Assembly (NCBI GenBank): GCA_002189035.1
Contig: NEEC01000484.1
Span: 1-29,955, forward strand
Direction of reading: 5' to 3'
Length of the DNA stretch: 29,955 nucleotides
Origin: Utricularia gibba
Taxonomy: Eukaryota; Plantae; Magnoliophyta
The notes beneath the pieces were generated by a model. The model did no database searches. It was not told where the DNA came from and saw only the letters and a list, made by a program, of their open reading frames with translations. Every line of letters begins with the position of its first letter. Position 1 is the stretch's first letter. Of this stretch, positions 25,292 to 29,955 are shown one piece after another. The translations under genes and the position numbers were made by a program.

Positions 25292-26735
25292 TGTTGAGAA
25301 AACCATTTGGGGTGCTCATGACATCCTAACTTCAAAAAATGCATCACGATTTTCATCGAGTAGCACCCGATTGGGCTCAGGAGCCAGACCGAACCTTGGG
25401 CCCTTACAAAGCTGCCAACGACAGCACCCGCCTTAAAATGGCAAGCTATTGCTTGAAAAACCATTCAGGCAGCCGCCGAAAACCCAACGTTGATAAATGC
25501 ATCACTTATTTTCCGGGCTACAACTGACTATGGGCCATAGCCCGACCCGACCTCTGGCCCAATCCCGAAACCCCCCAAGAGCGCCTTCTGAAATATAAAG
25601 TAGAGTGTTGAGAAAACCCTTGGGGTTCTCATGACATCCTAACTAAAGCAAATGCATTACGATTTCGTCGAGTACGACCCGATTGGGCTTAGTAGCCAGA
25701 CCGAATCTCGGGCCCTGACAAAGCTCCCAACTACAGCACCCACCTTAAAACGGCAAGCTGTTGCTTGAAAAACCATTAGCCGCCGAAAACCCATCGTTGA
25801 TAAATGCATCACTTATTTTCCGGGCTACAACTGACTATTGGCCTGAGCCCGACCCGACCTCTGGCCCAATCCCGAAACCCTCCGAGGGCGCCTTCTCAAA
25901 TATATAGCAGAGTGTTGAGAAAACCCATTGGGGTTCTCATGACATCCTAACTACATCAAATGCGTTACGATTTCGTCGAGTGCGACCCGATTGGGCTTAG
26001 TAGCCAGACCGAATCTCGGGCCGACAAAGCTCCCAACTACAGCACCCACCTTGGCAAGCTGTTGCTTGAAAAACCACAGCCGCCGAAAACCCATCGTTGA
26101 TAAATGCATCACACAACTGACTATTGGCCTGAGCCCGACCCGACCTCTGGCCCAATCCCGAAACCCTTTCTCAAATATATAGCAGAGTGTTGAGAAAACC
26201 ATTGGGGTTCTCATGACATCCGCGTTACGATTTTCGTCGAGTGCGACCCGATTGGGCTTAGTAGCCAGACCGAAACAAAGCTTTTAAATGGCAAGCTCTT
26301 GAGTGTTAATAAATGCATCACTTCTTTTGCCGGGCTACAGCTGACTTGGGCTCAAGCCCGACCCGAATCCGGCCCGATCTCGGTGACCCACAAAAGCGCC
26401 TTGTCAAGTGTAAAGCATGCTGTTGAAAAAACCATTTGGGGTGGTCATGAGATCCTAACTTCAATAAAGGTGTCACGATTTTCGTCGAATGGGATCGGAT
26501 TGTGCTGTGAAGTCAGACCGATCCTTGGGTCCGGACGAAGTTCCCAACAACAGCACCCGCAAAAAAACGACAACTTTTCCTCGAAAAAAGCATGTAGGCA
26601 GCCGCCGAAAACCCAACGTTAATAAATGCATCACTTTTTTGGCCGGGCTACAAATGACTATGGGCCAGAGCGCGACTCGACCATTTGCTCGATACTAGTG
26701 CCAGCCTAGAGCGCCTCCTCAAATATAAATCAGGT
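25292..26735 (+). repeat. Variant HOR copy 21 (1,444 bp) with an extra C/B chimeric monomer (25913-26187) and a truncated C monomer (26188-26420)
   Basis: C-type heads occur at 25913 and 26188. The first switches to B-type sequence at CAACTACAGCACCCACC (~26034). Many 4-30 bp deletions lie between ~25777 and ~26305. Confidence 0.88.
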
Positions 26736-29700
26736 TGTTGAGAAAACCATTTGGGGTGCTCATGACATCCTAACTTCAAAAAATGCATCACGATTTTCAT
26801 CGAGTAGCACCCGATTGGGCTCAGGAGCCAGACCGAACCTTGGGCCCTTACAAAGCTGCCAACGACAGCACCCGCCTTAAAATGGCAAGCTATTGCTTGA
26901 AAAACCATTCAGGCAGCCGCCGAAAACCCAACGTTGATAAATGCATCACTTATTTTCCGGGCTACAACTGACTATGGGCCATAGCCCGACCCGACCTCTG
27001 GCCCAATCCCGAAACCCCCCAAGAGCGCCTTCTGAAATAAAGTAGAGTGTTGAGAAAACCCGTTGGGGTTCTCATGACATCCTAACTAAAGCAAATGCAT
27101 TACGATTTCGTCGAGTACGACCCGATTGGGCTTAGTAGCCAGACCGAATCTCGGGCCCTGACAAAGCTCCCAACTACAGCACCCACCTTAAAACGGCAAG
27201 CTGTTGCTTGAAAAACCATTTAGGCAGCCGCCGAAAACCCATCGTTGATAAATGCATCACTTATTTTCCGGGCTACAACTGACTATTGGCCTGAGCCCGA
27301 CCCGACCTCTGGCCCAATCCCGAAACCCTCCGAGGGCGCCTTCTCAAATATATAGCAGAGTGTTGAGAAAACCCATTGGGGTTCTCATGACATCCTAACT
27401 ACATCAAATGCGTTACGATTTTCGTCGAGTGCGACCCGATTGGGCTTAGTAGCCAGACCGAATCTCGGGCCGGACAAAGCTCCCAACGACAGCACCCGCT
27501 TTAAATGGCAAGCTGTTGCTTGAAAACCATGTGGGCAGCCGCCGACAACCCAACGTTAATAAATGCATCACTTCTTTTGCCGGGCTACAGCTGACTTTGG
27601 GCTCAAGCCCGACCCGAATCCGGCCCGATCTCGGTGACCCACAAAAGCGCCTTGTCAAGTGTAAAGCATGCTGTTGAAAAAACCATTTGGGGTGGTCATG
27701 AGATCCTAACTTCAATAAAGGTGTCACGATTTTCGTCGAATGGGATCGGATTGTGCTGTGAAGTCAGACCGAACCTTGGGTCCGGACGAAGTTCCCAACA
27801 ACAGCACCCGCAAAAAAACGACAACTTTTCCTCGAAAAAAGCATGTAGGCAGCCGCCGAAAACCAACGTTAATAAATGCATCACTTTTTTGGCCGGGCTA
27901 CAAATGACTATGGGCCAGAGCGCGACTCGACCATTTGCTCGATACTAGTGCCAGCCTAGAGCGCCTCCTCAAATATAAATCAGGTTGTTGAGAAAACCAT
28001 TTGGGGTGCTCATGACATCCTAACTTCAAAAAATGCATCACGATTTTCATCGAGTAGCACCCGATTGGGCTCAGGAGCCAGACCGAACCTTGGGCCCTTA
28101 CAAAGCTGCCAACGACAGCACCCGCCTTAAAATGGCAAGCTATTGCTTGAAAAACCATTCAGGCAGCCGCCGAAAACCCAACGTTGATAAATGCATCACT
28201 TATTTTCCGGGCTACAACTGACTATGGCCATAGCCCGACCCGACCTCTGGCCCAATCCCGAAACCCCCCAAGAGCCCTTCTGAAATATAAAGTAGAGTGT
28301 TGAGAAAACCCGTTGGGGTTCTCATGACATCCTAACTAAAGCAAATGCATTACGATTTCGTCGAGTACGACCCGATTGGGCTTAGTAGCCAGACCGAATC
28401 TCGGGCCCTGACAAAGCTCCCAACTACAGCACCCACCTTAAAACGGCAAGCTGTTGCTTGAAAAACCATTTAGGCAGCCGCCGAAAAACCCATCGTTGAT
28501 AAATGCATCACTTATTTTCCGGGCTACAACTGACTATTGGCCTGAGCCCGACCCGACCTCTGGCCCAATCCCGAAACCCTCCGAGGGCGCCTTCTCAAAT
28601 ATATAGCAGAGTGTTGAGAAAACCCATTGGGGTTCTCATGACATCCTAACTACATCAAATGCGTTACGATTTTCGTCGAGTGCGACCCGATTGGGCTTAG
28701 TAGCCAGACCGAATCTCGGGCCGGACAAAGCTCCCAACGACAGCACCCGCCTTTAAATGGCAAGCTGTTGCTTGAAAAACCATGTGGGCAGCCGCGACAA
28801 CCCAACGTTAATAAATGCATCACTTCTTTTGCCGGGCTACAGCTGACTTGGGCTCAAGCCCGACCCGAATCCGGCCCGATCTCGGTGACCCACAAAAGCG
28901 CCTTGTCAAGTGTAAAGCATGCTGTTGAAAAAACCATTTGGGTGGTCATGAGATCCTAACTTCAATAAAGGTGTCACGATTTTCGTCGAATGGGATCGGA
29001 TTGTGCTGTGAAGTCAGACCGAACCTTGGGTCCGGACGAAGTTCCCAACAACAGCACCCGCAAAAAAACGACAACTTTTCCTCGAAAAAAGCATGTAGGC
29101 AGCCGCCGAAAACCCAACGTTAATAAATGCATCACTTTTTTGGCCGGGCTACAAATGACTATGGGCCAGAGCGCGACTCGACCATTTGCTCGATACTAGT
29201 GCCAGCCTAGAGCGCCTCCTCAAATATAAATCAGGTTGTTGAGAAAACCATTTGGGTGCTCATGACATCCTAACTTCAAAAAATGCATCACGATTTTCAT
29301 CGAGTAGCACCCGATTGGGCTCAGGAGCCAGACCGAACCTTGGGCCCTTACAAAGCTGCCAACGACAGCACCCGCCTTAAAATGGCAAGCTATTGCTTGA
29401 AAAACCATTCAGGCAGCCGCCGAAAACCCAACGTTGATAAATGCATCACTTATTTTCCGGGCTACAACTGACTATGGGCCATAGCCCGACCCGACCTCTG
29501 GCCCAATCCCGAAACCCCCAAGAGCGCCTTCTGAAATATAAAGTAGAGTGTTGAGAAAACCCGTTGGGGTTCTCATGACATCCTAACTAAAGCAAATGCA
29601 TTACGATTTCGTCGAGTACGACCCGATTGGGCTTAGTAGCCAGACCGAATCTCGGGCCCTGACAAAGCTCCCAACTACAGCACCCACCTTAAAACGGCAA

Positions 29701-29955
29701 GCTGTTGCTTGAAAAACCATTTAGGCAGCCGCCGAAAACCCATCGTTGATAAATGCATCACTTATTTTCCGGGCTACAACTGACTATTGGCCTGAGCCCG
29801 ACCCGACCTCTGGCCAATCCCGAAACCCTCCGAGGGCGCCTTCTCAAATATATAGCAGAGTGTTGAGAAAACCCATTGGGGTTCTCATGACATCCTAACT
29901 ACATCAAATGCGTTACGATTTTCGTCGAGTGCGACCCGATTGGGCTTAGTAGCCA

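Larger units (their letters stand above)
1..29955 (+). repeat. Tandem satellite array: ~24 copies of a ~1,254-bp higher-order repeat (4 x ~313-bp monomers), continuing off both window edges
   Basis: The same sequence recurs with a ~1.25-kb period. The ATGCATCACG anchor in monomer A lies at 119, 1376, 2629, 3881, 5133, 6387, 7638, 8891, 10145, 11381, 12634, 13874, 15117, 16371, 17622, 18872, 20126, 21581, 22834, 24085, 25339, 26783, 28033 and 29283. Spacing is 1,250-1,257 except 1,236/1,240/1,243 (13-bp deletion copies) and 1,455/1,444 (extra-monomer copies). I saw no unique sequence or inversion. Confidence 0.98.

Noticed and set aside
119-29471. Recurrent short ORFs (MHHDF... 62 aa, MTHKS... 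79 aa, MGSDC... 69 aa, and minus-strand MVFQA... 86 aa and MMPLL... 71 aa)
   Set aside because: They recur only because the DNA repeats. They overlap on both strands, show no recognisable domain, and are freely frameshifted by indels between copies while homologous monomers do not preserve the frame.
1-29955. CRISPR array
   Set aside because: There are no unique spacers, the units are 313/1,254 bp of continuous repeat, and no cas genes are present.
1-29955. rDNA or 5S array, or intergenic-spacer subrepeats
   Set aside because: I recognise no 5S, 18S, 5.8S or 28S conserved sequence and no tRNA or Pol III box. The unit contains only diverged satellite monomers.
1-29955. Tandem mobile element (MITE, solo LTR or Helitron) as the repeat unit
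   Set aside because: I saw no terminal inverted repeats, target-site duplications, PBS/PPT or coding remnants. The internal 156/313-bp periodicity fits satellite evolution instead. A remote TE origin cannot be excluded without a database search.
1-29955. Assignment to a named satellite family or organism (e.g. CentC, CentO, alphoid)
   Set aside because: Only the unit length is similar. I do not recognise sequence identity to any named family and cannot run a search.

Overview
The whole 29,955-bp window is one head-to-tail tandem satellite array on a single strand orientation. I find no credible gene, RNA gene, transposon or CRISPR, and every ORF in the track is just the same repeat read again each period. 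The array is nested at three levels: (1) a degenerate ~156-bp ancestral subunit, (2) a ~313-bp monomer made of two such subunits, and (3) a ~1,254-bp four-monomer higher-order repeat (HOR; monomers A-B-C-D) present in about 24 near-identical copies. Re-phased, the HOR is a pair of pairs: two ~90%-identical monomers followed by two more diverged sister monomers. Variation along the array includes a 13-bp deletion shared by three nearby copies, two copies carrying an extra C/B chimeric monomer riddled with deletions, and a left-to-right switch between two HOR haplotypes. Some transition-zone copies drop exactly the base that differs between the haplotypes, which suggests consensus averaging in the assembly. 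The architecture resembles eukaryotic centromeric or pericentromeric satellite, but I do not recognise the family or organism. Centromere function cannot be shown from sequence alone.
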